From contig JAZSHD010000236.1 of the NCBI GenBank assembly GCA_045533055.1, positions 4,160 to 68,159 on the forward strand: a DNA stretch of 64,000 nucleotides, written 5' to 3'. The position numbers and the translations under genes are program-made. Shown one piece after another: positions 44,933-56,700 of the stretch (the first letter of the stretch is position 1; every line of letters starts with the position of its first letter). The notes under the pieces were generated by a model that saw only the letters and a list, made by a program, of their open reading frames with translations, did no database searches and was not told where the DNA came from. The stretch comes from Victivallaceae bacterium. Its GTDB lineage: Bacteria > Verrucomicrobiota > Lentisphaeria > Victivallales > Victivallaceae.

Positions 44933-45955
44933 ATGTCTGATTTTATTCAATGCGTGAATGGAGCAATACCGGCGGCGGATGTTGAAATGATCCTGCCGCA
45001 CGAACACTTTTTCATTGATTTGAGCAATCAGGCAAACCATGCGGAAAGTCGCCCGGTGACCCCGGCTGACCGCATGAAACTTATGCACGACCCTTACTGC
45101 ATGACCGATAATCTTCTGCTGGACGATCTTGATGCGGCTGTTGCGGAATGTAATGAACTTGCGGCAATGAACTGCAATCTGGTGGTGGATTGCTCCAACT
45201 CCTGCTGCGGGCAGGATGGGGAAAAATTGCAGGCTCTTTCTCAAGCGGGCAATATAAATATCGTTGCCGGTTGCGGATTGTATACCGCTGATACTCATCC
45301 CGGCTGGGTCAAAGATGCTCCGGTGGAAGAGATCACGGAATTTCTTATGCAGGAGATCACTTGCGGCATTGCCCCCAACGGCTGCCGGCCGGGGATCATC
45401 GGCGAAATCGGCACCAGTAAAACTGTTCTGCCTGCCGAACGCAAAGTTTTGCAGGCGGCGTTCCGGGCATGCAAAGCAACAAACCTTGCAGTAATGGTGC
45501 ATATCTACCCCTGGGCAGACAATGGTTTGGAAGTTCTGGAGATAATGCGGGATAATCAGGTCGCACCCGACCGGGTGGTGATCTGCCACAGCGATGTAAC
45601 CCCCGATAAAGATTATATATGGGAAGTTTTGAAACAGGGTGCGTTTATTGAGTTTGACAATTTCGGCAAAGAATTCACCTGCGAACCCGGCGGATTTGCC
45701 GACGGCAGTTTTATAAAAGATACTCAAAGAGTAAAACTTGCCGCCGGGATCCTCAAAAGTTCATACGCTTCGCAGCTTTTGATAACCAACGATATTTGCC
45801 TCAAGTGCATGCTCCGCAGCCGGGGCGGCGAAGGCTATACGCATATATTGCGTAACATAGTGCCGATGCTCGCACAAGAAGGCTTTGATATTGAAGAAAT
45901 AAAACAGCGTTTGCTGCACGATAATCCCTTGCGGATGCTTTGCGGCAAACTATAA
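44933..45955 (+). CDS. phosphotriesterase family (PTE/Php-like amidohydrolase; possible lactonase)
   Basis: The N-terminal ILPHEHFFIDL carries the HxH metal motif of the PTE family. 340 aa from ATG 44933 (AGGGGTGG upstream). Confidence 0.78.
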   Translation: MSDFIQCVNGAIPAADVEMILPHEHFFIDLSNQANHAESRPVTPADRMKLMHDPYCMTDNLLLDDLDAAVAECNELAAMNCNLVVDCSNSCCGQDGEKLQALSQAGNINIVAGCGLYTADTHPGWVKDAPVEEITEFLMQEITCGIAPNGCRPGIIGEIGTSKTVLPAERKVLQAAFRACKATNLAVMVHIYPWADNGLEVLEIMRDNQVAPDRVVICHSDVTPDKDYIWEVLKQGAFIEFDNFGKEFTCEPGGFADGSFIKDTQRVKLAAGILKSSYASQLLITNDICLKCMLRSRGGEGYTHILRNIVPMLAQEGFDIEEIKQRLLHDNPLRMLCGKL

Positions 45956-46002
45956 AAATAAAAAACAAACAAAAATCCCCCCTAAAGTAAGGAGTTGAAA
46001 AA

Positions 46003-46719
46003 ATGAAAAAAATCTTTTTGCTGACCGCAGTCTTGAGTCTGACAACAGCGGTGTTTGCCGCCGGAGAACCCTTTGCCGCATGGAACTTTGACAATGTGAA
46101 CGGCACCATCGTGCCGCCGGTTGCCGGCAAATGGAATTTGACCTTGCAGAATATGCCGAATGTCAAAGTCGTGCCGGGCAAAAACGGTCAGGCGGTGGCT
46201 TTTCTGGGCAAAGATAAGGAACGCAACACCGTGGGCAGCTCTTATGTAAGCAGTATAAAATTCGATTGCAGCAAGCCCTTTACTATCGAAACGGTTTTCA
46301 AGCTCAATAAAGATGCCGGATACCGCAATTTCAAAGAGATCATCTGCTTTGCCGACAGTGAACGCGGCCCCGGTTTGATCGTGGCTATCTTCTATGACCG
46401 TATCATCGTACGCAGCGGCGACGGCAAAAAGATTTTTGATATGAATACCGATGCTACCAAAACCGCCATCACCCGGGACAAATGGCACTTTTTGACCGTC
46501 ACCTACGATGGCAAGACTGTTTCCATCTATTTTAACGGTGTGCTGGCAGCAGCCAAAGAGCTTACCGTAACCTGCGGCAAATATACGACCATGTTTGTCG
46601 GTTCGTTCCGCAACGCCTACGCTTATGCTTTGCAAGGGGCAGTTGATGAGCTGAAACTCTACAACTTTGCCAAAACTTCCGCTGAAGTTGCCGAAGCATA
46701 TCTTGCCTTTGAAGAATAA
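46003..46719 (+). CDS. secreted LamG (concanavalin A-like lectin) domain protein
   Basis: Signal MKKIFLLTAVLSLTTAVFAA. WHFLTVTYDGKTVSIYFNGVLAA...VDELKLYNFAKTSAEV is the typical LamG tail. Confidence 0.75.
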   Translation: MKKIFLLTAVLSLTTAVFAAGEPFAAWNFDNVNGTIVPPVAGKWNLTLQNMPNVKVVPGKNGQAVAFLGKDKERNTVGSSYVSSIKFDCSKPFTIETVFKLNKDAGYRNFKEIICFADSERGPGLIVAIFYDRIIVRSGDGKKIFDMNTDATKTAITRDKWHFLTVTYDGKTVSIYFNGVLAAAKELTVTCGKYTTMFVGSFRNAYAYALQGAVDELKLYNFAKTSAEVAEAYLAFEE

Positions 46720-46743
46720 TATTTTTGAAAGGTCGTGGCTATT

Positions 46744-49278
46744 ATGAAAAAACATTTCCGGTTGATAATGGCAACTCTGCTGGGGTCATTTACTCTGCTG
46801 AACGCCCAGGTACCGTCGATCAAAGCCACCCGGGTCGAGCCCAAAGCGATCAAGATCGATGGGGTGCTGAACGAAAGTGTGTGGCAAAATTCGCCCAAAT
46901 ATACCAATTTCACCCGTTTGAACAGCAATGGTCAAAAGGCTGCCGAACAAACTGTTTTTCAGGTGGCGGCGTCACCGGAAGGCCTGTACTGGGCATTTCG
47001 CAGTATCGACAAAAGTTTGCAGTGCAATATAACCGCTCGTGATGGCGAACTCTGGCAGGAAGATTCGCTGGAACTCTTTATCTGTGCCGATGATCCGCTG
47101 CCCGAAGACCCCAATGTACGCCGGGGCAGACACTTTATATTCAACGCCCTCGGCACCAGATACGACGATACATTCCTGGCCGGAGTAAGCAATGCCAAAT
47201 GGAACTCGGATTGGAAATGTGCCGCCAAGAAAAATGCCGATGGGTTTACTGCCGAGATCTTTATACCCTATTACGCCATGGAACTGGATCAGGCAAAAAA
47301 GTTCTGGCGGTTCAATGTGGGTCGGGAAAATTACACCGGCGAAAAGATGGAAATTTCTGTCTGGAGTCCCACCAACGCCTTTTTGCACATGGACAACTTT
47401 GCGGTGCTGGAAGTACCGGCAGTCGATTACCGGCGGTTCGATAACAAGATATCTTCGCTGGAACTGAAAACTCTCCCCACCGCCGCCGGGGTCAGCCAGC
47501 AGCTTTCCGGCAAGATCACTGCGGCAAACAGCACTATTGCCACTTTGCAGGCAGTTGCCCGGCAGGATGGCAAGATCAAAGCGTTCAACCGCACCAATGT
47601 AAAACTCTCTGCCGACAAAGCCGTCAGTTTTTCACTGCCGCTGCCGGTAGGCAAATCCGGCGAATACCATCTGGCGATCACTTTGAAAGATGCTCAAGGC
47701 AAGATATTTTATACCGAAGCCAACTTTTCCATGCAAGCAGTACCCTTTACCATTATGCTGGAAAATCCCGCTTACCGCAAAAGTATTTTTGCCGGACAAA
47801 AGGATAAAACACTCCGGGTGAGCATGAAGTTCGAAGCCGACAGCAAACTTTTGAAAAACGCCCGCTGCGTGCTTACTGTCCGCGATAAAAATCAGAAAGT
47901 CATTTTCAGCCAGACCCAACCCGCCGCCAATAGAGTAACATTTGCCGCAGATACTGCCAAGTGGCAGCCGGGGGAATACACTCTTTGTGTGGAAAGCTCC
48001 GGCACCGCCGCATTAACCGGCAAACTTACCGAAAAAATCAGTATTGCAGCACCGCCGGAAGCGGGCAATACCGTTTATCTGGGCAAAAACCGGGAAGTCA
48101 TACTCAACGGCAACCCCTTCTTCCCCCGGGGTTTTATCGGTGGAGCTTACGAAGAAGAGTTGTTCAGTCTGCTGGAAAAAAGTTCTTACAATACGCTGCA
48201 CTTTTACATGCTCAACCGCCTTTCCATGGAGCGCATCCGTCAGGTATTGGATCAGGCGCAGCGGTACAACCTAAAAGTCATCATGTACCCTTATCACCAG
48301 ACCGGTATCGGATTTTTCGGCTTTTCGGAAAACGGCAAACGCAATCAGCCGCGTATGAGCGATGCGGCGTGGGAGCGTATGCGTAAAATGGTCAATGAAG
48401 TCCGCAAACATCCGGCATTTCTCGGCTGGTATTTGTATGACGAACCCCGTGGTGCAGAGTTCTGCGGCGAATTGCGGAAAGTCTACAGTTTTCTCCGTGA
48501 AACCGACCCTCACCACCCGGTCATAGGGACGGATTGCAGTGCCGACGGCTGTATCAGCAAAAACGAAGGCTTCTGCGATATACACATTCTTGACCTTTAT
48601 CCGCACCCGCTTACCGACGGCACCTTTGTCCGACCCATCTCTGCAGTCATGAGCAGTATGAAAATGGTCAATGAAAATATCGGGGCTGCCGGTGCATGGT
48701 TCTGCCCGGAAGCTTTTACCCCGCTGAAAGGCAATTACCGCACCATCAGCTACCGGGAGATCCGCTGTATCATCTACGGCTCCATCATCAACGGTGCTAC
48801 CGGTATTCTGCCCTACAAGATCGGGGATCCGCCCACCAAATATTACAGTACCTGGGTCAATGCGGGTATATTCTACCACCCGGATATGCGTTTGGGGTAT
48901 CTGGAAGGTATGGGGCCGGAACTCAAAGCGTTGGAAGATGTATTGCTTGAACCCCAAAGATTGCCGGTAACCAGCAATAACAAAGAGCTTTTGCTCATGC
49001 GTAAAGAGTATAAAGGCAAAACCTTTGTCTTTGCGGTGAACCCCACCGGCAAAACTTTTGAAGCCAAACTCCAGCTGCCCGGATTTTCCGGCGGCGAATT
49101 GAAAGTTTTCAACGAAAACCGCAATGTAAAAGTTGCCAAAGCAGCGTTTGCCGACACATTCAACGCCTACGCCACGCACATTTACACCGATTGCAGCACC
49201 ATAAAAGAAACGGTGAATGTTGCCGGATTGGAAGAAAAAATACGATTAGCAGATAACGAAGCAAAAAAACAAAAGTAA
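46744..49278 (+). CDS. secreted CBM9-like plus clan-A glycoside-hydrolase-like protein
   Basis: Signal MKKHFRLIMATLLGSFTLLNA. The CBM9-like region is IKIDGVLNESVWQNS...WQEDSLELFI. NTLHFYM...LGWYLYDEPRG is a TIM-barrel-like acid/base motif. Confidence 0.6.
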   Translation: MKKHFRLIMATLLGSFTLLNAQVPSIKATRVEPKAIKIDGVLNESVWQNSPKYTNFTRLNSNGQKAAEQTVFQVAASPEGLYWAFRSIDKSLQCNITARDGELWQEDSLELFICADDPLPEDPNVRRGRHFIFNALGTRYDDTFLAGVSNAKWNSDWKCAAKKNADGFTAEIFIPYYAMELDQAKKFWRFNVGRENYTGEKMEISVWSPTNAFLHMDNFAVLEVPAVDYRRFDNKISSLELKTLPTAAGVSQQLSGKITAANSTIATLQAVARQDGKIKAFNRTNVKLSADKAVSFSLPLPVGKSGEYHLAITLKDAQGKIFYTEANFSMQAVPFTIMLENPAYRKSIFAGQKDKTLRVSMKFEADSKLLKNARCVLTVRDKNQKVIFSQTQPAANRVTFAADTAKWQPGEYTLCVESSGTAALTGKLTEKISIAAPPEAGNTVYLGKNREVILNGNPFFPRGFIGGAYEEELFSLLEKSSYNTLHFYMLNRLSMERIRQVLDQAQRYNLKVIMYPYHQTGIGFFGFSENGKRNQPRMSDAAWERMRKMVNEVRKHPAFLGWYLYDEPRGAEFCGELRKVYSFLRETDPHHPVIGTDCSADGCISKNEGFCDIHILDLYPHPLTDGTFVRPISAVMSSMKMVNENIGAAGAWFCPEAFTPLKGNYRTISYREIRCIIYGSIINGATGILPYKIGDPPTKYYSTWVNAGIFYHPDMRLGYLEGMGPELKALEDVLLEPQRLPVTSNNKELLLMRKEYKGKTFVFAVNPTGKTFEAKLQLPGFSGGELKVFNENRNVKVAKAAFADTFNAYATHIYTDCSTIKETVNVAGLEEKIRLADNEAKKQK

Positions 49279-49290
49279 GGAGTAAATTCT

Positions 49291-50463
49291 ATGAGCAATA
49301 TCGTGATCCCCGCCAGCGAATTCAAAGAACGCATCGTAAAGATCCAGTGTGCCATGGCAGAAAAAAACATCGACGCCATGCTGGTCTACGGCGACGAATA
49401 CCGCAAAGAAAATCTGCGTTATGTCTGCAACTTCTGGCCCATTTTTGAACGGGCGGTCTGCGTGATACCCAAATGCGGCGAACCGGTGCTGGCTGGTGCC
49501 CCCGAAGGCGAAAATTACGCCCGGGAAATGTCCGTTTGGAGCAATTACTGCAATGTTAAAGAATTTGCCTGCGTATCGGTTCCCGAAGAGATCGACTACC
49601 CGCTGGCGACCTTTGCCAAACTTGCAGATATAATCGGCAATGCACTCAAGGGCGGCAGCCGCATCGGAGTGGTGGGCTGGTACGATATACCTGCACCGAT
49701 CTTCAAACGCATCGAAGAAGCTGCGGGCAAAGCCGAACTCTTTGACGCGTCGGAAATCATCTTCAAGCAGCGTCTGATCAAAAGCGATGCAGAAGTGGCG
49801 TGCCTAGCCGAAGCCGGTCGTCAGGCTTGCGAAGGCTACAAGAAACTGCTGGAATACGCCGTAGACGGCAATCCGGAAACCATGGCTGCCGGTGCCGCCG
49901 AAGGTGCCGCCCGCATGGCAGGTGCCGAAGATATCAACTTTATGGTTTTCGGTTCCGGCGAACGCACCAACACTGTCATCGGCCGAGCCACCAACAAGAT
50001 CATGCGTAATGGCGATATGCTTATGGCAGCTATGGCAGTGCAGTATCAGGGCTATGTGGCAACGGTGGAATACCCCTTTGTCGTGGGCAAAGCCTCCGAT
50101 GACCAGAAGTATTTTTTGAATGTTTTGTTCGAAGCCGCCAATGTCCAGCAGCAGTATCTTAAAGCCGGAACTGTTTCCGGCGAAATGGTCAAAGCGGTAA
50201 AAGCGGTCTTTGCCAAACACAACATGACCCAATACGACCTTTATCCGCCCATGCACGGCATTGGTCTGGCTGAAGCCGAGTCGCCCTACCCGGACGAAAA
50301 CGCCACCTACAAGTTCGAAGCCAACATGTGCGTCAACAGCGACATAAGTTTGTGGGGTTATCCTGCGGGCAGCAACCGCATCGAAGAAGGGTTTGTCATC
50401 ACCAACGACGGCCCCAAGTCCCTCACTCCCTTTATCCGTGAAATGGTAGCGAAAGGTTTGTAA
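49291..50463 (+). CDS. M24 family metallopeptidase (Xaa-Pro peptidase/creatinase-like)
   Basis: A creatinase/prolidase-type N-terminal domain plus the pita-bread fold (HGIGLAEAE..., EEGFVIT). AAGGAG lies before the ATG. Confidence 0.75.
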   Translation: MSNIVIPASEFKERIVKIQCAMAEKNIDAMLVYGDEYRKENLRYVCNFWPIFERAVCVIPKCGEPVLAGAPEGENYAREMSVWSNYCNVKEFACVSVPEEIDYPLATFAKLADIIGNALKGGSRIGVVGWYDIPAPIFKRIEEAAGKAELFDASEIIFKQRLIKSDAEVACLAEAGRQACEGYKKLLEYAVDGNPETMAAGAAEGAARMAGAEDINFMVFGSGERTNTVIGRATNKIMRNGDMLMAAMAVQYQGYVATVEYPFVVGKASDDQKYFLNVLFEAANVQQQYLKAGTVSGEMVKAVKAVFAKHNMTQYDLYPPMHGIGLAEAESPYPDENATYKFEANMCVNSDISLWGYPAGSNRIEEGFVITNDGPKSLTPFIREMVAKGL

Positions 50464-50465
50464 AA

Positions 50466-50831
50466 ATGGCTGGTAAAAAGAATTGGTATTTTGCCGACGG
50501 TTATCTGCCGGAAAAAGTCAATAATGGAGAAATGGAAGCCCACGAAGCGTTGATGCTCTTCAATCCTTCTGAAAAAGATATTGCCGTAAAGCTCAATGTG
50601 TATTTCAGCGACCGCGACCCCATTAAGGATATACCCATTACCGTTGGTAAAGAACGGGTGCTGACCATCCGGCTGGATCACCCCGAAGAGATGAACGGTG
50701 CCGTGATCCCGCCGGTAACGCAGTATGCTCTGCACATTGCTGCCGACGAGCCGATCATCTGCCAGTTCGGCAGACTGGATACCACCCAGAACGCCATGGC
50801 GTACTATGTGGGTGTGGGGCACGCTGAATAA
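50466..50831 (+). CDS. ASRT (Anabaena sensory rhodopsin transducer-like) family protein
   Basis: 121 aa. WYFADGYLP...HEALMLFNPSEKDIAVKLNVYFSDRDP...PIICQFGRLDTTQ parallels ASRT (WAIAEGYIP...HETVCILN...ITIYYSDKEP...PIVVQHTRLDSRQ), recalled from memory. Confidence 0.7.
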   Translation: MAGKKNWYFADGYLPEKVNNGEMEAHEALMLFNPSEKDIAVKLNVYFSDRDPIKDIPITVGKERVLTIRLDHPEEMNGAVIPPVTQYALHIAADEPIICQFGRLDTTQNAMAYYVGVGHAE

Positions 50832-50851
50832 ACAAGTTTTGAGGTTTGATT

Positions 50852-52891
50852 ATGTATAAGAGCGATTTTTCCCCCTGGGTCTGGACGGAGCTGCTGGCAT
50901 TTGACCGGGAAGCTCCGGATTGCGGGGTGGCGGGTTATCTGGACGAATTGGGCTTTGTGCCCGAAGGCATGTGTCTGTTGGTTTCCAGCCCCGACTTTAT
51001 TTTCTCTCACCCCGGAGCCATCACCGGCAGAAATCTGCCCGCAGATATTTGTGCCCGGAATGGTCAGCCGGGTAATGAACGGCGTAAACGGCAGGAGTGG
51101 ACCGATGTGGATTTGAAAAAACTTATCGCCGGTCTGACTCAAGCCGGAGTGGAAGTTTACTGCTCCTGTTTTACGGTTTTTATGGACAACAAGTTCACCC
51201 ACGAGTGGGTCAGCGATCACGAAGAAGTCCGTCTCTGCTGGGCGAATATCTGGCGGGGTGCCGAAATCAACCCCCTTGCCCAGCTTAAAGATGGATCGCT
51301 CTTTGAAGATCACATCATACCCAAAATCGTGGAAGTCTGCCGCGATTACGGATTTGCCGGCTGGCACGGACCCGACGGCTGGGGGCCGTGGAGTTCGGGC
51401 AACATCTGCGAACTGGATTTTTCCGACAGCATGATGGGGCAGTTTATGGAAGTTGTGGATCTGGATTTTCCGGAATTTTTCAGCGAAAAGATCCCCCATA
51501 TCGTGACCCAGCAGGAGGTCATGGCCGCCATGAATGCCGGTAAAGAAAAACCCCTTGCCGGATTGCCGGAGTTGCAGAAGCGTCAGGCATGGATAATCGA
51601 AAACTGCTTTGAAGAGTGGACGAACTTTCTGGTCGACCGCTGGTGCCGGTTCTGGGGCAAGGCGTTGACAGCTCTGCACGCCAATAACTTCAAGGGCGTT
51701 ATCAATTCGGCATGGACCAAAGGCTGTTTTGACGCTTGGACCGAATATGGCGTGGATTACCGCAAGATGGCGGCACTGGGGCTGGACGGTATGGTTGTGG
51801 AAACTGTGGCACTGGGTATGAATTCCACCCGGCCGCAAAGCACATTTTATCACAACTTTTACGCCGCGGCTTTAGGCGAGATCAAAGCCGCGATGCCGGA
51901 ACTCAAACTCATTGCCTTGCACGGCATAAAAGATGTGGACGAATTCTGGGACAATCTGCGGCACGCCACCACCGGGTACGAAAAAGAGATGTATAAACTT
52001 GGCAACATGTTTATCTACAACGATCAGGGCAAATTGCAGCACGCGGCAGACGGCTTTCTCTGCTGTCTGGCTGACGGCATCGAAAAGTCCGAGTGGGACT
52101 ATATAAGAGATCGCTGGCGGGTGGTCTTTGACAACGACCCCATACAAGCGGGCGTCATAACTGCCGTTTACAGCGATCGCTACATGGACAACTGTGCCGA
52201 CTATTGGCAGGATGGCTTTACCCCTGCATTGGATCAGGTGGCGAACTTTATGGACAAAGGTTTGGCGGTGCAGAGCTTTGTTCACAGCAAAAATGCTCAT
52301 AAAGTACCCGGCATGCTGCTGGTGCCCGCCGCCCATTTGTGGGAAAAGGCGGAACTCGATGATCTTATTGCCAACCACCGTTATCCGGTAGTGCTTTGCG
52401 GCAGAGCCGCTGCACTTGAAGATATTCCCGGCTGGAAACTTACCGACAGCTCCATAATGCTGGTGATCGCCGCCGGCGGCGTGGAAGCTCTGGAAACTGT
52501 GGAAAGCGTGACCGCAACTCAAGCTGCCCCGGATCACAACTTCTGCTATTTCAGCGAAAAGCGTTACCGCAAAGAGGTCGCCGACGAGTTCTGGGCAAAG
52601 GGTGCCGAAGCGGTCATCGAACTGGCAAAGAGTATATACCCGTGGATCAAAGCCAGCAACATGCCGGTAAATATCCTCTGCAAAACTTTGAGCGACAACA
52701 CTGTGGAGATCGGTTTGGAAAATATGGCAGTCTGGGGCCGCCCCCGGGTAACTGCGGCTGTGCCTTATGAGTTTGAAGTGCAAGAGATCGTCAGCACCTT
52801 TCCCAGCCGGGTGATGAGTGCAACAACTGAAGAGTTTACCATACCAGTACCGCCACGGGGGGTGACTGCGTTGCGGATCAATAAAAAGTAA
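50852..52891 (+). CDS. hypothetical cytoplasmic protein (679 aa), possibly glycosidase-like
   Basis: Long ORF in operon context with no signal peptide. No family recognised. ATG 50852 is preceded by GAGG. Confidence 0.55.
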   Translation: MYKSDFSPWVWTELLAFDREAPDCGVAGYLDELGFVPEGMCLLVSSPDFIFSHPGAITGRNLPADICARNGQPGNERRKRQEWTDVDLKKLIAGLTQAGVEVYCSCFTVFMDNKFTHEWVSDHEEVRLCWANIWRGAEINPLAQLKDGSLFEDHIIPKIVEVCRDYGFAGWHGPDGWGPWSSGNICELDFSDSMMGQFMEVVDLDFPEFFSEKIPHIVTQQEVMAAMNAGKEKPLAGLPELQKRQAWIIENCFEEWTNFLVDRWCRFWGKALTALHANNFKGVINSAWTKGCFDAWTEYGVDYRKMAALGLDGMVVETVALGMNSTRPQSTFYHNFYAAALGEIKAAMPELKLIALHGIKDVDEFWDNLRHATTGYEKEMYKLGNMFIYNDQGKLQHAADGFLCCLADGIEKSEWDYIRDRWRVVFDNDPIQAGVITAVYSDRYMDNCADYWQDGFTPALDQVANFMDKGLAVQSFVHSKNAHKVPGMLLVPAAHLWEKAELDDLIANHRYPVVLCGRAAALEDIPGWKLTDSSIMLVIAAGGVEALETVESVTATQAAPDHNFCYFSEKRYRKEVADEFWAKGAEAVIELAKSIYPWIKASNMPVNILCKTLSDNTVEIGLENMAVWGRPRVTAAVPYEFEVQEIVSTFPSRVMSATTEEFTIPVPPRGVTALRINKK

Positions 52892-52902
52892 AGAGGAGGA
52901 AG

Positions 52903-53715
52903 ATGAAAAGATCAATGAACACTCATTCACTCCAGCACGCTGGAGTGAAGCCCATGGGCTTCACGCTTATTGAACTGCTGGTGGTCATTGCGATTATTGC
53001 CATTTTGGCGGCAATGCTGCTGCCGGCATTATCGGCGGCCCGGGAACGGGCAAGAAGTTCAAACTGTGTAGGCAATCTGAAACAGATCGGACTGGCATTA
53101 AGCATGTATGCCGATGACAACAATGGTCGTCTGGTAAAATATCAGGAAAAAAATTATAAGAACAGCAACGGCAATACAATATCTTACGGGCATTGGGGGT
53201 TTTTGTTGACCGATAAAGGCTATATGCCCGGCGATCCGGATAAAGCTTCGCAAGCATTTTTCTGCCTTTCTTCGCCCAACTTGCCGCCCCGCAATGTAAC
53301 CGCAAAAGATTTTCCCAACTACGGACTCAACGAAAATCTGGTTCGGACAGCCGATCCGACTTCAACCTGGGGCAAACGGGCGGTTACCAATATTTACACC
53401 CTTGCCAATCCTCAACGGATGGCGGCAGTGGCAGATGCCGGTACTTCTGACAAAGAAACTGGTAAAGGTGAAGTCCGTTCCGATTATGTCATGGGTGTAC
53501 CCGGCAGTTATTGGAGCAGTGCTGTAAACTTTGATTATACTTCGGATACACCATGGGGTGTATCGCTGGTGCGTCATGGTGAACGGGCCAACATGCTTTT
53601 TGCCGATTGGCATGTGGACAGTATAACCCGCAAAAGTCTGCCGGAAGATATTACGGCATTTCCTTCGCCGTACCCCTATGATGTTGCATTCTTAAAGCAG
53701 CATGATCAAAATTAA
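52903..53715 (+). CDS. prepilin-type N-terminal cleavage/methylation domain protein, H-X9-DG-like
   Basis: [33 protein letters not shown], with C-terminal [27 protein letters not shown] lies before the ATG. Confidence 0.88.
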   Translation: MKRSMNTHSLQHAGVKPMGFTLIELLVVIAIIAILAAMLLPALSAARERARSSNCVGNLKQIGLALSMYADDNNGRLVKYQEKNYKNSNGNTISYGHWGFLLTDKGYMPGDPDKASQAFFCLSSPNLPPRNVTAKDFPNYGLNENLVRTADPTSTWGKRAVTNIYTLANPQRMAAVADAGTSDKETGKGEVRSDYVMGVPGSYWSSAVNFDYTSDTPWGVSLVRHGERANMLFADWHVDSITRKSLPEDITAFPSPYPYDVAFLKQHDQN

Positions 53716-53750
53716 GAAATTTGTTTTAAGATAAATCAAGGATGATATAA

Positions 53751-56700
53751 ATGAAGAAGATTTTATTGTTTCTGACCGTACTGCTTTGTTTTTCAGCAGC
53801 AGTTCCCGGTGCCGAAAACAAGTTCGTTTCCGGCATGACCGCCCGACCGGAGGCGTTGAAAGTTTTTTCCATGCCCAAACCGGTAACGCTGGACAGTTTC
53901 CGTCGTTATCTGGATGCCACCGCGCTGGGGCTGAACATTTTTGAGCTTACACCAGCCACCGGCAGCATGGCTGTTGTCTGGCAGGATGGCTCTATGATCA
54001 AAGCAGTTTACCGCAACAGCCAGTGGCAGATATTTTTCAAAGACCCCAAGATGGCGGAGTTGAAGCAAGTTGAGGTTATCAAATCTGCCAATCTTACTGC
54101 GGCTTTTCACGGTACGGGCTTTATATTCCGCACGCCGGAAAATAAAGATATACATGTTTACGGCGGTTTTACCGCTGCGGGGGCAAAGCTCTATTTACCC
54201 GAAAATATAAAAACTCCGGCGATCCGGCAGCTGGAAATCATCAACAACGCTCTGTTGTGGTGCGTTACCGAAGAAGTCGCCTGGGAGTATGAGCGTGCCA
54301 AAAAGATTTATCTTGATAATACAAACGAACTTAAAAAGAACTCTGCTACTTCCCGGATGCTCTGGAGCTGGAGCCAGCGTTTGCGGCAGGCGGAAAACAG
54401 CTTTGCCAAGCTCAAGAATGAAGTTATCAATGAAAGCGAAAATTTTGTGCCGACCCTCGCCAGTGACCCTTTGATGCGTGACCGTTACAACTGGCTGGTG
54501 TGGCTGGCGGTGCGTATGCCGCACTTATCCAACTATTTCAGCGGCTGGACGCGGGATGTATGGTACACCAAATCGCTGGGCAGAGGCGAACTTACGGATT
54601 CACTGCTGTTGAGCCGCAAGCTCAAAAATATTGTTTCCCGGGTTCGCAGAGTCAACAAATGTGCTTTCAATGAAGCGTACAACTTCAAAGGTATCCTTGC
54701 GGGCGGATTTCTTCACAGTATGAGCGAAGTTCTTCCGCAAGGCGGCTTGCTTACTCCTCTTAAAACCACCGCCAATTTGCGTGCCGCCCGGGGGGAAGGC
54801 GAAAGCACACTGCTGGTGCTGACCAGTGCCGGAGAAGCCTTGAAAGATCTTTCTGTAACCATTACAGCCGACACCCCCGATGCCCCCGTTGCCACGCTGG
54901 AACGGCTGGAGTACATAAATCTTTTGGAAAGCCCCATATTGCAGCTGCCGCTGGCTCCCGAAGGCAACAGCAATTATTTTGATGTTTGTCTGCCCCTTGC
55001 CAACGGCGAAAAGTTCAACCTTGCCCGACAGAGCAATCAGCCAATTCTGGTATCTTTGCAAAGCCGCAACGACACTCCTGCCGGGATATACAACTACACG
55101 ATTTCGGTAAAACTGGGCAGCAAAAATGTTATGCAAATGCCCCTTTCGCTTAAAGTCGAAAAGTTTGCTCTGGGCAACCGTCTGCCCAGTTTGCCGGGGT
55201 TGCGGCCGGACAACATCAACCGCTGGTACTCCAACGAAAAAATTGCCGCCCAAGCCCGGCGTAATTTGATCGATGCCATGCTGCGTTTCCGCATGGAACC
55301 CTTGAACCTTTACCGTACCAGTCCGGTAAAAGAAGATTTATCTTATACCATAAAAAAGGGTGTAAACAGCATATTGCTGGACGGCAGTCTGGAACGCTTC
55401 GGCGATCCCCGAGCTGATATGATCAAAAAAATGGAGTTTTACGGCAGCTGCGACGGCAAAACCTTTGAGCGGGTCCCTGCCAAATTCCAATGGGTCCGCC
55501 GCAACCAAAATGATCCCCTTTCGCCAACAGATATGCAAATAACGCCCCAAGCGGATACCGCCCAATACAAATATTGCAAAATACACTACAATCAGGATAA
55601 TTCCAAACATTACTCCCGCTATACTTTTATGCCCAACGGCACTTTGGGCAGCCGCAAACGCACCATGCTGGTCAACGGCAAAGTTATGCTCAAAGAAATA
55701 CGGCTCATCCGGCCGGATACCCAAGTTGGCTCCAACGGCATGGAAAAATCTAAAAAAATCTACAACAACAACTTTGATGTGATCAATAAGATTTGCTACA
55801 AGCCCTCGCTGATCTGGAAAAATGAAGTTGACTCCATAAAAACTCTGCTGCTCTACGATTACTGCCGGGAAACCCATCTGAAAGAGTTTCAGCAATATTA
55901 CAACGAAGCTAAAAAATATGCCGGGAACAATCTGACTGTGTATTTTTACGGCTTTGACGAAGTTGGCGAATATATGAATCCTTTGCTTTTGAACGCCATA
56001 AAAAACAGCCGTCAGGCATTTAAAAATGTCAAGATCGTTACCACCGCCCGGAATATCGAAGCTGATCCGGAGCTATTTGACGCCATTGATTATCTTGCCC
56101 CTGCCAACGGCTACGCCAACACCCGGCGGAACATTTTCAACAGCCGCTACCACCGTATACGCTACTGGACTTATGTGGGCGGCGGGGCGTATTACCCCTT
56201 CGGCAACTTTGAGCGGGTGGATCAGCCCATGATCTACGGCAGAGCCTTCTTCTGGAGTTTGATCGCTCTTGACCATGTGGAAGGCTGGCTCTACTGGTCG
56301 ATCAACCACTGGTCAGGCAACATGCACTTGAAGGATATGAAGAATATGGATTGGAGTTTGTGGAATTGCAATCACGGCAACGACAACGGTATGCAGGCAC
56401 TTTTCTACCCCGGCAAAGATGGGGCGATCTACCCCTCGTGGCGGGCAACTGCCATGCGGGATGGTTTGGAAGATGCAGACCTTTTCCGCATGGCCCGTGA
56501 TCTGGCAAAAACGCCCGCCGACCGGGCGGAAGTTGAAGCTATCCGCAACGGCTTCGCCAAGTCCATGAGCGTATATTGCCGCGATGTGGAAGCAATGGAA
56601 AAACTCCGCACCAGACTTTACGACCTGTTGAACAAACTGGTCAAGCAGCCCAAAGTAACGCAAAAAGATTTCGGCAACTTAAATCACCATAAAAACACCA

